Source: Candidatus Dormibacteria bacterium (lineage in GTDB: Bacteria > Chloroflexota > Dormibacteria > Aeolococcales > Bog-877). From it: a stretch of 64,000 nt of DNA. Shown here in pieces: positions 18,991 through 32,118 of the stretch; positions within the stretch are counted from its first letter, which is position 1, and each line of letters starts with the position of its first letter. The notes under the pieces were generated by a model. It did no database searches and was not told the origin of the DNA. It was given only the letters and a program-made list of their open reading frames with translations. The stretch covers positions 19,689-83,688 of the forward strand of contig JBEKRL010000002.1 of assembly GCA_049518775.1 (NCBI GenBank), in the 5' to 3' direction. The translations under genes were made by a program, and so were the position numbers.

Positions 18991-20567
18991 CCCAGCTCCA
19001 GGAAGGAGTCGGGGAGGTCGTTCTCGAAGAGGACCACGCTGCCGGCCCCGGCCACCTCGGGAAGCCGCCTCTGGGCCTCGTCCAGGTCGGTCACGACGGT
19101 GAGCTGCTGGGCTGGGTAGCCCGCCTCGCGGAGCCCAGCCGCCACCGCCGCCGACTGCCTGGGGCCGACCAGGATCACGTGCGAGCACACCTCGGCGGCC
19201 CGCCTTCCCAGCTCGCGCATGCTCTGCTCCTGCAGTGGGCCCAGCTCCACGAACCCCGGGGTCACCAGCACCCGACGCTGGCCGGGCAGGACCGCCAGCA
19301 GCCGGAGCGCCTCGGCGGCCCCGTCGGGGTTCGAATTGTAGGCGTCGTCGATGATAGTGATGCCCCCGACCTGGCTCACCTCGAGCCGGTGCGGGGCCCC
19401 GGTCAGGCCGGCGGTCCGCTCCTGCAGCCGGGCAGCGGGTATCCCCAGCTCGGCCGCCACCGCCCAGGCGCAGAGCAGGTCACCCACGATCGGCTCGCCG
19501 TGGACCGGCACCACCAGACGCAGGTCCTCCCCCTCCGAGCCCCGGAGCCGGAAGCTGGAGCCCTCGGGGGCGACGCTCATCTCCTCGGCCCACCAGCGAT
19601 CTCCCGCCCTCCCCACCCAGACCGGCCTGGCCAGGAGCCCAGCGGTCAGGGCGGCGCGCTCTTCCACAGTGCTGGGAGCCACCGCGACCCCGTCCGGCGG
19701 AAGCGCCGAAAACAGCTCGGACTTGGCCTGGGCGATCCGCTGCCTGGTGCCGAAGCGCTCCAGGTGCATCACCCCCACCGCGGTGACGATGCCCATCTGG
19801 GGGTGGGTGAAGGAGCAGATCTCGGCGATCTCGCCGGGACGGTAGGCGCCCATCTCGACCACCGCGTAGCGATGCTCGGGGCGGAGCCCCTCGTTGATGG
19901 CCCGGCAGACCCCCAAGGTGGTGTTGAAGCTCTGAGGGGTGGCGAAGCAGGGATTCTCAGGGGAGTCCAGCAGCTGCTGGAGGAAGAGCTTGGCGGTGGT
20001 CTTCCCGTAGCTCCCGGTGATCCCGATCACCAGAGGTCCGAGATCCCGGATCCGGGACGCCGCCTCGGCCATGTAGCGGCGCCGCCGGCGGCGCAGTGAG
20101 GGCGTCATCAAGCCCTCGGCGAGGGTCAGTGCGGCCACCAGCACCAGGTCGATGAGCCCAATGGCGAGCGCGCCCGGCCAGCCGCTCCAGAGGGAGACGA
20201 AGAGCGCGGCCAGGGTGAGGAGGCCAGCCAGCACCGCGAGCCGCCGAGCCCTGCCGGTCCAGCGCAGCTCCCCCCGCTTGCCGAAGGGACGGTTGGTGAA
20301 GAACGGCAGCAGCGCCGCCAGCAGCAACGGCACCGCGGCCCCCTGCCGGCTCGGACCGAAGGCCGCCGCGGCCAGGGCGGCCCCCCCCAGGAGTAGGGCC
20401 AGCTGCCAGCGCCAGTTGGCCGAGACCCGGCGCCGGAAGGTCCGCAGCAGCCGGCTGGGCTGGTACTCGTCCAACTGGTACAGGTACAGCCAGCCTTCGA
20501 AGCGGGCCCGGCCGGAGGCGGCGGCGAGGATGGTCAGCGCCAGGGCCTGCCAGAGCGGGAGTGTCAC
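18987..20567 (-). CDS. murF: Mur ligase, MurF-like (UDP-MurNAc-tripeptide--D-Ala-D-Ala ligase) with an atypical N-terminal polytopic membrane segment
   Basis: P-loop GITGSYGKTT, C-domain DDAYNSNP, immediately upstream of ddl. The ~170 aa before the P-loop are 4-5 hydrophobic helices rather than the canonical MurF N-domain. A GTG start at ~20567 avoids overlap with the hydrolase; the track ORF runs to 20648. Confidence 0.75.
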   Translation of the reverse strand: MTLPLWQALALTILAAASGRARFEGWLYLYQLDEYQPSRLLRTFRRRVSANWRWQLALLLGGAALAAAAFGPSRQGAAVPLLLAALLPFFTNRPFGKRGELRWTGRARRLAVLAGLLTLAALFVSLWSGWPGALAIGLIDLVLVAALTLAEGLMTPSLRRRRRRYMAEAASRIRDLGPLVIGITGSYGKTTAKLFLQQLLDSPENPCFATPQSFNTTLGVCRAINEGLRPEHRYAVVEMGAYRPGEIAEICSFTHPQMGIVTAVGVMHLERFGTRQRIAQAKSELFSALPPDGVAVAPSTVEERAALTAGLLARPVWVGRAGDRWWAEEMSVAPEGSSFRLRGSEGEDLRLVVPVHGEPIVGDLLCAWAVAAELGIPAARLQERTAGLTGAPHRLEVSQVGGITIIDDAYNSNPDGAAEALRLLAVLPGQRRVLVTPGFVELGPLQEQSMRELGRRAAEVCSHVILVGPRQSAAVAAGLREAGYPAQQLTVVTDLDEAQRRLPEVAGAGSVVLFENDLPDSFLELG

Positions 20568-20571
20568 GGGA

Positions 20572-21381
20572 TCAGAGTGTGGCGTCGACGAAGGAGTCGA
20601 GCACTGCCGCGAACCGCCCCGGCTCGTCGACGAAGGGGAAATGTCCACTGGACTCGAACTCCACCAGCTCGGAGCTGGTGATCAGCTGGCGGAGCCTGAG
20701 CCCGTAGGGATCGAGGGGCAGCTCCTGGTCTCTGGCCCCCCAGACGATGAGAGTCGGTACCGAGATCCGGGCCGCCGTCCCGCTCAGGTCCTCCTGGACG
20801 GCGTGCACCAGGGTCGGTCGCAGGGCGCCGGCCGCCCGGTAGTCGGCCGAGCCCATTCGCTGGCGCAACCACTCGACAGCGGACTCAGCGGCCCGCCCGG
20901 GCAGCACCGCCTCGGCGCTGGCCCGGAGCGCCCGGAAGACCCGAACCCGCGCCCCCACGACACCCCGGTTGGGGAAGCGCACGCCCGAGGCGTCGCACAG
21001 GACCAGCCGGTCCACGGTGACCCCGGGCTCGCCGGCCAGCCGAATGGAGACGCTGCCACCGTAGGAGTGGCCGACAAGGCTGATCTGGCTCCAGCCCCGG
21101 AGGCGGACCATCTCCCGCACCAGGTCGGCATACCCGGAGGTGGTCCAGAGGGTCTCGCCCTGGGGGGACTGGCCGAACCCCGGGAGGTCGGGCGCGAGGA
21201 TCCGCCTGCGGGTGCGGCAGAGCCGCATCAGCCCGGTGAAGGTGGAGGCGCTGGCGCCCCAACCGTGGAGCAGCAGCACCGGAGGGTCCGCCCCCTCCCG
21301 TTCCAGCCAGGAGACAGGCTGCTCCCCGACCGCGGCACTGTGCCGGGTGGGCGCCACCGAGCCGGGCCACGCATTCGGCAT
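20572..21381 (-). CDS. alpha/beta-fold hydrolase
   Basis: HGWG…GHSYGG nucleophile elbow, C-terminal His; 269 aa. Confidence 0.8.
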   Translation of the reverse strand: MPNAWPGSVAPTRHSAAVGEQPVSWLEREGADPPVLLLHGWGASASTFTGLMRLCRTRRRILAPDLPGFGQSPQGETLWTTSGYADLVREMVRLRGWSQISLVGHSYGGSVSIRLAGEPGVTVDRLVLCDASGVRFPNRGVVGARVRVFRALRASAEAVLPGRAAESAVEWLRQRMGSADYRAAGALRPTLVHAVQEDLSGTAARISVPTLIVWGARDQELPLDPYGLRLRQLITSSELVEFESSGHFPFVDEPGRFAAVLDSFVDATL

Positions 21382-21443
21382 CGGCGCCCGAGTCTAAGCC
21401 ATGTCTAAGCAAGCCCCCGCGCCGGGGGTGGTCTGATCTGGCA

Positions 21444-22172
21444 ATGCCCCGACCTATAATCCCGCCAGCCATGCCCGAAGAGGTGACTGGCCGGCGCCCG
21501 GGCCTACCCCGGGTGCTGGTGGTCGACGACGAGCCGGCGATCACCGATTTCATCAGGCTCGGGCTGAGCCGTGAAGGCTTCGAGGTGGAGACCGCCGGCG
21601 ACGGCCGGGCCGCCCTGACCGTGGTCGACCGCTTCGCCCCCGACGTCGTCGTGCTGGACGTGATGATGCCCCGAATGGACGGCATCTCCCTCACCAAGGA
21701 GCTGGCCGGCGACCCTCGGCGAGGGCTGGTGATCCTCAGCGCCCGGGACGAGACCCGGGATCGCATCCGCGGCCTCGAGGTCGGCGCCGACGATTACCTC
21801 GGCAAGCCGTTCGAGTTCGAGGAGCTGCTGGCCCGGGTCCGGGCGGTCCTCCGCCGCCGCCAGCCTGAGCAGGCGGCGGTGCTTCGGGTGGGCACCCTGG
21901 AGCTGGACCGCAGCACCCGCCGGGTCCTCAGCGAGGGGTCTGAGATCGACCTCTCCACCCGCGAGTTCGACCTGCTTGCCTACTTCATGGAGCACCGTGG
22001 CGAGGTGCTGGCCCGCGACCGGATCCTCAACGCGGTCTGGGGAGTCTCCTTCTACGGGGATGAGAACAACCTCGAGGTCTACGTCCGCTACCTGCGTGTC
22101 AAGCTGGGCGATCCCGAGCGTCGCCTGATCCAGACCGTCCGCGGGGTGGGCTATCGCCTTGCCGACGACTGA
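21444..22172 (+). CDS. OmpR/PhoB-family response regulator
   Basis: Receiver domain plus winged-helix domain (…VRGVGYRL). Confidence 0.9.
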   Translation: MPRPIIPPAMPEEVTGRRPGLPRVLVVDDEPAITDFIRLGLSREGFEVETAGDGRAALTVVDRFAPDVVVLDVMMPRMDGISLTKELAGDPRRGLVILSARDETRDRIRGLEVGADDYLGKPFEFEELLARVRAVLRRRQPEQAAVLRVGTLELDRSTRRVLSEGSEIDLSTREFDLLAYFMEHRGEVLARDRILNAVWGVSFYGDENNLEVYVRYLRVKLGDPERRLIQTVRGVGYRLADD

Positions 22173-23718
22173 CGCGGCCGTTCCCTGGTACCGCAGCCTC
22201 AGGTGGCGGCTCACGCTCTCCTTCGTCGGGCTGCTCGCGGTCCTGCTGGCCGTGGCCGGCGCGGTGGAGGTCGGCCTGCTCAGCCAGGCGGTCCTCAACA
22301 GCCGGGCCCAGACCCTCCGGGCCACCTTCTCCGAGGGGCGGGCGGTGGTTCTCGCCGAGGAGCGGGCCCGGGTGCGTCGGGGCCTTCCGGCCCTTCCTCG
22401 AGCGACCGTCGGAGGCGATCTGGCCAGGCTGCTGGCCGAGGCCGGGGTCAAGGCAGCGGTGTACTCCACGGAGCTCGAGCTGGTGGCCTCGGCCGGCCCC
22501 GGAGCCGGCTCCAACTCCCCGGTGCAGGCCGGGGTGACCGTGCCCGCCCCCGCACAGGGCCAGCTTCTGGCCGCAGCCCAGGGCGGCACCGGCTCCGGGC
22601 CGACCCTGGTGGGAAGCGGCGCCGGCAGCCAGCTGGTGATGCTCTTCCCGCTCACCGGCGCTCTGGGGCGTCACCTGGGGGTGGTGGAGTTGGCCGAGTC
22701 CGCCGGGCCGGTGCGGACCGAGCTCGGCACGGCCACCGCCGTGGTTGCCGCCGGGAGCGCCGCGGTGCTGGTGGTGGCGCTGCTGATCGGGCTCTGGATC
22801 ACCTCCAGGGGATTGGGGCCGCTGCGCAGGCTGACCCAGGCCGCTGCGGGGCTGGGCCGGGGTGACCTCTCCCAGCGCAGTGGGCTCAGCCCCCGGGGGG
22901 ACGAGGTCGGAATGCTGGCCGCCGTCTTCGACGAGATGGCCGACAGCGTCGAGCGGACGGTGCGGGTCCGCCAGGAGGCGGAGCGCCACATGCGCCAGTT
23001 CATCGCCGACGCGTCCCATGAGCTGCGCACCCCGCTCACGGCCATCAAGGGGTACCTGGAGGTGCTCCAGCGAGGAGGCGGGGCCAGTTTGGAGGAGGTG
23101 CGAGGTGCCCTGCCGGTGATGTCCCAGGAGGCGGACCGGATGCACCGCCTGGTGCTGGACCTCCTGACCCTGGCCCGTGCCGACGACCGGCGCTCCCTGC
23201 AGCCCCGGCCGGTCGAGCTGGGGGCCTTCCTCGGCCAGTTCTTGGAGGGTCGGCAGGGGAGCTCCGAGATCTCCTCGGCCTCGCAGGGCCAGCTCTCCGC
23301 GATGGTCGACCCGGACGCCCTGTCCACCATCGTCAGCAACCTCCACCGCAACGCCGAGCGCCACGGCCAGGGCTCGGCTATCTCCTGGGGCACGGTGGAC
23401 GAGGGCGCGATGGTGGGCCTGCGCTGCACCGACCAGGGGCCGGGGATCCCTGCCCAAGACCTCCCCCACGTCTTCGAGCGCTTCTACCGCGCCAGCGGCT
23501 CCCGCTCCCGCCAGGATGGCGGCAGCGGGCTGGGTCTGGCCATCGTTCAGGCCCTGGCCGAGGCCCAAGGGGGGCGCGTCTACGTCGACTCCAAGGTGGG
23601 CCACGGCGCCAGCTTCACCGTCCTCCTCCCGGCCGTGCGAGCCTCGGGCTGGACCCCGCCCCGGACGTCAGGCGGCGGCCCGGCCGGCTACGAGGGGTCT
23701 GGCCGGGCCGGCCCTTGA
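22159..23718 (+). CDS. sensor histidine kinase (2 TM, HAMP, HisKA, HATPase_c)
   Basis: H-box HELRTPLTAIKGY; N, G1, G2 boxes; overlaps the RR gene by 14 nt. Confidence 0.9.
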   Translation: MPTTDAAVPWYRSLRWRLTLSFVGLLAVLLAVAGAVEVGLLSQAVLNSRAQTLRATFSEGRAVVLAEERARVRRGLPALPRATVGGDLARLLAEAGVKAAVYSTELELVASAGPGAGSNSPVQAGVTVPAPAQGQLLAAAQGGTGSGPTLVGSGAGSQLVMLFPLTGALGRHLGVVELAESAGPVRTELGTATAVVAAGSAAVLVVALLIGLWITSRGLGPLRRLTQAAAGLGRGDLSQRSGLSPRGDEVGMLAAVFDEMADSVERTVRVRQEAERHMRQFIADASHELRTPLTAIKGYLEVLQRGGGASLEEVRGALPVMSQEADRMHRLVLDLLTLARADDRRSLQPRPVELGAFLGQFLEGRQGSSEISSASQGQLSAMVDPDALSTIVSNLHRNAERHGQGSAISWGTVDEGAMVGLRCTDQGPGIPAQDLPHVFERFYRASGSRSRQDGGSGLGLAIVQALAEAQGGRVYVDSKVGHGASFTVLLPAVRASGWTPPRTSGGGPAGYEGSGRAGP

Positions 23719-23765
23719 CGCGACCCACCGTTGTCGCTGCCTGGGGCGCCCGGGCCGACCGCCCC

Positions 23766-24235
23766 TCAGCGCCTGGCGATCAGCTGGAGCTCGAGGCAGG
23801 CCTCTCGGGGTAGCTCGGCCACCCCGACCGCCACCCTGGCGTGGTGGCCCCGGTCCTCCAGAACCTGGAGCAGCAGCTCGGAGGCGCCGTCCACGACCTC
23901 GGAGTGGCGCGAGAAGTCGGGGGCAGAGCGAACGTACCCGGTGAGCATGACCAGCCCCTCGATCCGGTCCAGCCGCCCGGCCGCCGCCGCCAGCAGCGAG
24001 AGCAAGGAGAGCGCCGCCAGACGGGCCGCGGCGACGCCCTGCTCCACCACCAGGTCAGAGCCCAGCCGGCCGATCACCACCCGCCCGCCTCGGACCGGCA
24101 GCACCCCCGAGGTCACCACCAGGTCGCCCGCGAAGGTGAAGGGCACGTAGCTGGCGAGCGGCACCGGCAGAACTGGGAGTTCGAGGCCCAGCTCCGCCAG
24201 CCGGGCTTCGGGGGTCCCGCCTCGCAGACGGTCGG

Positions 24236-24239
<4 letters not shown>
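23766..24239 (-). CDS. RidA/YjgF (Rid) family protein
   Basis: ~157 aa with a YjgF-like C-terminal region (…ACLELQLIA). Confidence 0.7.
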
Positions 24240-28186
<3,947 letters not shown>

Positions 28187-28190
<4 letters not shown>

Positions 28191-28630
28191 GCGGCGACGA
28201 CCCGGACGTTGATCCGGGCCTCAACCTCAGAGTGGAGCTTGGCCACGGCCTGGTGCTCGCCGACCTCATGGGCAGGCTCGAACTCGATCTTGCGCCGGTC
28301 GATGATGATCCCCAGCTGGGCCTCGATGGCCTCGGCCACGTCGATGTTGACCACGGCTCCGTATAGCTTGCCGGTGTCGCCGGCCCGCGCTGAGATCTCC
28401 ACCTCGGTCGCCTCCAGCCGGCGGGCGAGCTCCTGCGCCTCGTGCAGCTCCGCTTCCACCTTGTGGCGCTGACGCTCGCGCTGGGCCCGGATCTGGGCCT
28501 CCGCCTCCGGCTTGGCGGGCTGGGCCAGCCGCTGAGGCAGGAGGTAGTTGCGGGCGTATCCGTCGGCTACCTCACGAACGTCTCCGGCCCGCCCGGTGCC
28601 GGCCACGTCCTTGGTCAGGATCACCTTCAA
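28187..28630 (-). CDS. rplI: 50S ribosomal protein L9
   Basis: MKVILTKDV…GDV…V…GYARNYLLP; 4-nt overlap with dnaB. Confidence 0.95.
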
Positions 28631-29160
28631 ATCGAATGCTCCTCACTTACTTGAGGCGGGGCTCCCGTGGACCCGGGCTCGCCAGCTGGCTGGCTGGCCT
28701 GCCCCCCGGCCGGCGCAGGAGAACGGTACCAGGGAGGCGGGGCGCTGGGGGGCTCTGGACCTGGCTTGGCCCGGCGCTGGGCTGTGAGCGAGCGGATCCG
28801 GGCCGTCAGCCCCACCGCGGCCTGGGTCCCAAGCCTCAGGTCGAGGTCCAGCCTGCTCTCCCCCGCCTTGATCTGAGCCTCGATCTCCTTGCGCAGCTCC
28901 CGAGGAGCCTGGGCGTTGAAGGTCCTGATGACGGTCAGGGTCAGGGCGATGGTGTCCATCTGACCCACCACCGGGACCCACGCGGGCAGGTCGATGGCGG
29001 GGTTGAGGATTAGCGCCAGCGACGCCCCCAGGGCCGCCTTCAGCGGGGCTGGGGTGCGCGGGTCCCGGGCCAGACAGTAGGCCAATCGGAGCTGCTGTGG
29101 CAGTTCCAGGACCAGCGTTCGTAGCCGCTTCAGGAGGTCGATCGCAGGCACCCCAGACAA
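28627..29160 (-). CDS. DUF1232 (YkvA-like) membrane-associated protein with a Pro-rich tail
   Basis: The …NPAIDLPAWVPVVGQMD… block matches the DUF1232 core. Confidence 0.55.
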   Translation of the reverse strand: MSGVPAIDLLKRLRTLVLELPQQLRLAYCLARDPRTPAPLKAALGASLALILNPAIDLPAWVPVVGQMDTIALTLTVIRTFNAQAPRELRKEIEAQIKAGESRLDLDLRLGTQAAVGLTARIRSLTAQRRAKPGPEPPSAPPPWYRSPAPAGGQASQPAGEPGSTGAPPQVSEEHSI

Positions 29161-29187
29161 GTCGTAGCAGTCCCGTTCGGCCCCAGT

Positions 29188-30624
29188 CTACCCCGGGGGC
29201 GCGCCCGCTTCCCCAGGACGCGGCTCCCACTCGGGGCGATGCCGCTCCAGGTGGTCCAGCGCCGCCTGCTCCAGGTCGGGGCCCTCGGTCCTCTCGAGCT
29301 CGCCCTCCATCACCGCCTCCAGCAGCGACCGCTGGGCCCGCCCCACCCAGGGCCCGGCGGCAAGGCCGAAGGCGCGCTTCAGCTGGTCACCCCCCAGCGG
29401 CGCCCGGAGCCCCTCCGGGTGGGCGGCGGCCACCTCGGCGAGCCGCCGCTCCAGCTCGGTCAGCTGGTCGAGCCCGGGGAACGACGACCCCTCGGTGTCG
29501 GCACGGGCCAGGGCCAGCAGCTGGGGCAGGCTGTCACCGGCGGCGTGCCAGAGCCGCCGGACGGCGCTGTCGGCCCACTCCGGCCGGTACTGGATGGGGC
29601 GCATGTGGAGCAGCACCAGCTTCCGGACCGCCTCGATCTCGACACCGCTGAAGCGCAGCCGCTGCATCACCGCCGCGGCCAGCTCGGCACCCTCCTGGGG
29701 GTGCCCGTGGAAGGTGGGGCCCCCCGGCCCCAGGGCCGCGGTTGGCGGCTTGCCGATATCGTGAAAGAGGACCGCCAATCGCACCACCTTCCGGGCCGGG
29801 GAGGCGTCGAGGGCAAGGCAGGTGTGCTCGAAGACATCGCCGAGGTGGTAGCCACCCTGCTCCACCCCGGCCATCGCCGCCAGCTCGGGAGCGAACTGGT
29901 GCAGCAGCCCGGTGCGCTGCAGCAGCCGGAGCCCGGTCGAGGGCTTGGGTGCCATGAGGAGCTTGACCAACTCGTCCCTGATCCGTTCCCTGGAGACGAT
30001 CCCCAGCCGGGGGGCCATCGCGGTCATCGCCTCCTCCACCTCCGGGCCCAGGCGGAACTGGAGCTGGGCCACGAACCGGGCCGCCCGCAGCATCCGCAGG
30101 GGGTCCTCGGAGAAGGTCTCCCCGGGCTCGAGCGGGGTCCGCAACACCCCCTCGGTCAGGTCCGCCAACCCCCGCCCGGTGGGGTCGAGCAATGTCCCCC
30201 GGCTGTCCAGCATCAGGGTGTTCACGGTGAAGTCGCGGCGCTGAGCGTCCTCCTCGAGGGTTCCGGCCCGCACCGTCGGCTTGCGGGTCTCCGGAGAGTA
30301 GGCCTCCGCCCGGGCCCGGACGAACTCGACCGTGAACCGGCCGGAACCCGCGAGCGGGAACGCGATCTGAGCGGTCCCGAAACGCTCGAAGGGGACCACC
30401 TTGGCGCGAAGGTCCCAACGCTGCCGCAGCCACTCCCCGGCGGCCTCGGCGGAGCAGCCCTCCAAGACCACGTCGACGTCGGTGCCGGCCTCGCGGCCCA
30501 AGAGCAGGTCGCGGACGTACCCACCCACGATGCAGGTCCTGGCCCCAAGCCCGGCCTCCATCTCCGGCAGCAGCCGGCGCAGGGCCGCCGCCGAGGGCGA
30601 ACCCGGATCAGGCGAAGACGACAT
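29188..30624 (-). CDS. cca: CCA tRNA nucleotidyltransferase (poly(A) polymerase head + HD domain)
   Basis: GGYVRDLLLG…DVD…, RxxRF, HD motif LFHDIGK. Start at MSSSPDPG… (30624); the track ORF runs to 30735. Confidence 0.85.
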   Translation of the reverse strand: MSSSPDPGSPSAAALRRLLPEMEAGLGARTCIVGGYVRDLLLGREAGTDVDVVLEGCSAEAAGEWLRQRWDLRAKVVPFERFGTAQIAFPLAGSGRFTVEFVRARAEAYSPETRKPTVRAGTLEEDAQRRDFTVNTLMLDSRGTLLDPTGRGLADLTEGVLRTPLEPGETFSEDPLRMLRAARFVAQLQFRLGPEVEEAMTAMAPRLGIVSRERIRDELVKLLMAPKPSTGLRLLQRTGLLHQFAPELAAMAGVEQGGYHLGDVFEHTCLALDASPARKVVRLAVLFHDIGKPPTAALGPGGPTFHGHPQEGAELAAAVMQRLRFSGVEIEAVRKLVLLHMRPIQYRPEWADSAVRRLWHAAGDSLPQLLALARADTEGSSFPGLDQLTELERRLAEVAAAHPEGLRAPLGGDQLKRAFGLAAGPWVGRAQRSLLEAVMEGELERTEGPDLEQAALDHLERHRPEWEPRPGEAGAPPG

Positions 30625-31114
30625 CGTCGTCCTGGGCGACCTCACCGGGGATGACCAGCTCGGCGCAGGTCGGGCAGTACCAGCGGACCTCCATCGGGGT
30701 CCCGCAGCGGCGGTGGGCCGGCCCCTCATCCCCATCGGCGCGCCCCCAGCGGTCGAGCTCGTCGATCACCCTGGCCAGGGCGCGCCCCGACGGGGTCAGC
30801 CGGTACTCCAGCCGGGGCGGTCGGTCCGAGTAGCGCTGGCTCTGCACCACCCCGGCGGCCTCGAGCCGGCGGAGCCGCCCGCTGAGCACGTTGGAGGCGA
30901 TCGTGGGCAGCTGGCGCTTCAGCTCGCTGTACCGGTTGGGGCCCTGCAGCAACGCCCCCACCACCAGCAGCGCCCAGCGGTCGCCCACCCGCTCCAGCCC
31001 CAGCTGGAGCCCTGGCCGCTCAACGCCCGGGGTCTCGCCCACCTCCCGATTCTCGCGGTCCAGCAGCTCCAGTACACGCCCATCGAGCTTGTCGGGTAAA
31101 GTTGCTGCTTGCAA
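30608..31114 (-). CDS. HxlR-type winged-helix transcriptional regulator with a C-terminal CxxxxxxxxxCPTC zinc-ribbon-like tail
   Basis: The core …RVGDRWALLVVGALLQGPNRYSELKRQLP…LSGRLRRLEAAGVV… is HxlR-like. A TTG start ~31114 is inferred; the longer track ORF (to 31321) is His/Pro/Asp low-complexity. Confidence 0.6.
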   Translation of the reverse strand: MQAATLPDKLDGRVLELLDRENREVGETPGVERPGLQLGLERVGDRWALLVVGALLQGPNRYSELKRQLPTIASNVLSGRLRRLEAAGVVQSQRYSDRPPRLEYRLTPSGRALARVIDELDRWGRADGDEGPAHRRCGTPMEVRWYCPTCAELVIPGEVAQDDDVVFA

Positions 31115-31150
31115 GGGACAACTACTGACAATCACCAGGGAGGATCGGCC

Positions 31151-32092
31151 GTGGGCTTTCAAGTGGAGTTGGAGGAGGCTGCCGCACGGGTGCGAGAGGG
31201 GGCGCTGGCGGCGGTGGTCGGGGTCGGGTCGGTCGGCCCGGCCGGGAGCGGGATCGTGTTCGCCGAGGGGGTGGTGGTCACCAGCGCCCACAACGTCCAC
31301 TCGGAGCGCCCCGTGGTCCATTTCGCCGAGGGCTCCATGCGGGGGGCCGAGCGGGTCGCCATCGACCTGGCTGGCGATCTCGCGGTACTGACGGTCGCCA
31401 CCGAGGCGACGGCCGCGGTCAAGTGGTCAGACCGGGAGCCCCAATTGGGGACCCCGATCTTCGCGGCGGCGAATCCCGGCGGACGCGGTCCCCGGCTGAG
31501 CTTCGGAGTGGTCTCCGCCAAGAACCGCGAGTTCCGCGGCCCGGGCGGACGCCTGATCACCGGTGGCTTCGAGCACACGGCGCCGCTCGCCCACGGCTCC
31601 TCGGGAGGTCCTGCGCTGGACCTCGCCGGCGGGCTGCTCGGGATCAACACCAAGCGGCTGGGTGAGGGGCTCTACGCCGCCATCTCCGCGGATGCCGGGC
31701 TGAGAGCCCGGATCGAGGCGCTCGCCCGCGGCGAGACGGTGGCCCGAGCCTACCTCGGGGTGGGACTGCTGCCCTCGGAGGTGGCGCGCCGGCTCCGGGC
31801 CGCGGTCGGCCTGCCGGAGCGGAACGGCGTCCTGGTCCAACACCTCGACGAGGAGGGGCCGGCGGCGGCCTCAGGGATTCTCAAGGGCGACCTCCTGACC
31901 TCCGCCGGGGGTAATGCCCTCACCGATGCGGGCGACCTCCACCGAGTCCTGGCCGGGGCTCGGCCGGGCGACCCTCTGCGCCTGGAGCTGGTCCGCGGCA
32001 TCGAGGAGCTCCAACTTTCGGTCACCCTCGGAGCCGAGCCCGATGCATCCGAGCGGTCCACCCGTCGGCACCAGTTCGGCGGGCACCGCTGA
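31151..32092 (+). CDS. HtrA/DegP-like trypsin-fold serine protease with PDZ domain (no signal peptide)
   Basis: Triad H (TSAHNV), D (DLAVL), S (GSSGGP) plus a C-terminal PDZ. GTG start ~31151 after GGGAGGA; the track ORF starts at 31109. Confidence 0.8.
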   Translation: MGFQVELEEAAARVREGALAAVVGVGSVGPAGSGIVFAEGVVVTSAHNVHSERPVVHFAEGSMRGAERVAIDLAGDLAVLTVATEATAAVKWSDREPQLGTPIFAAANPGGRGPRLSFGVVSAKNREFRGPGGRLITGGFEHTAPLAHGSSGGPALDLAGGLLGINTKRLGEGLYAAISADAGLRARIEALARGETVARAYLGVGLLPSEVARRLRAAVGLPERNGVLVQHLDEEGPAAASGILKGDLLTSAGGNALTDAGDLHRVLAGARPGDPLRLELVRGIEELQLSVTLGAEPDASERSTRRHQFGGHR

Positions 32093-32118
32093 GCGACCCA
32101 GATCCGGAGGGCCCGCCG

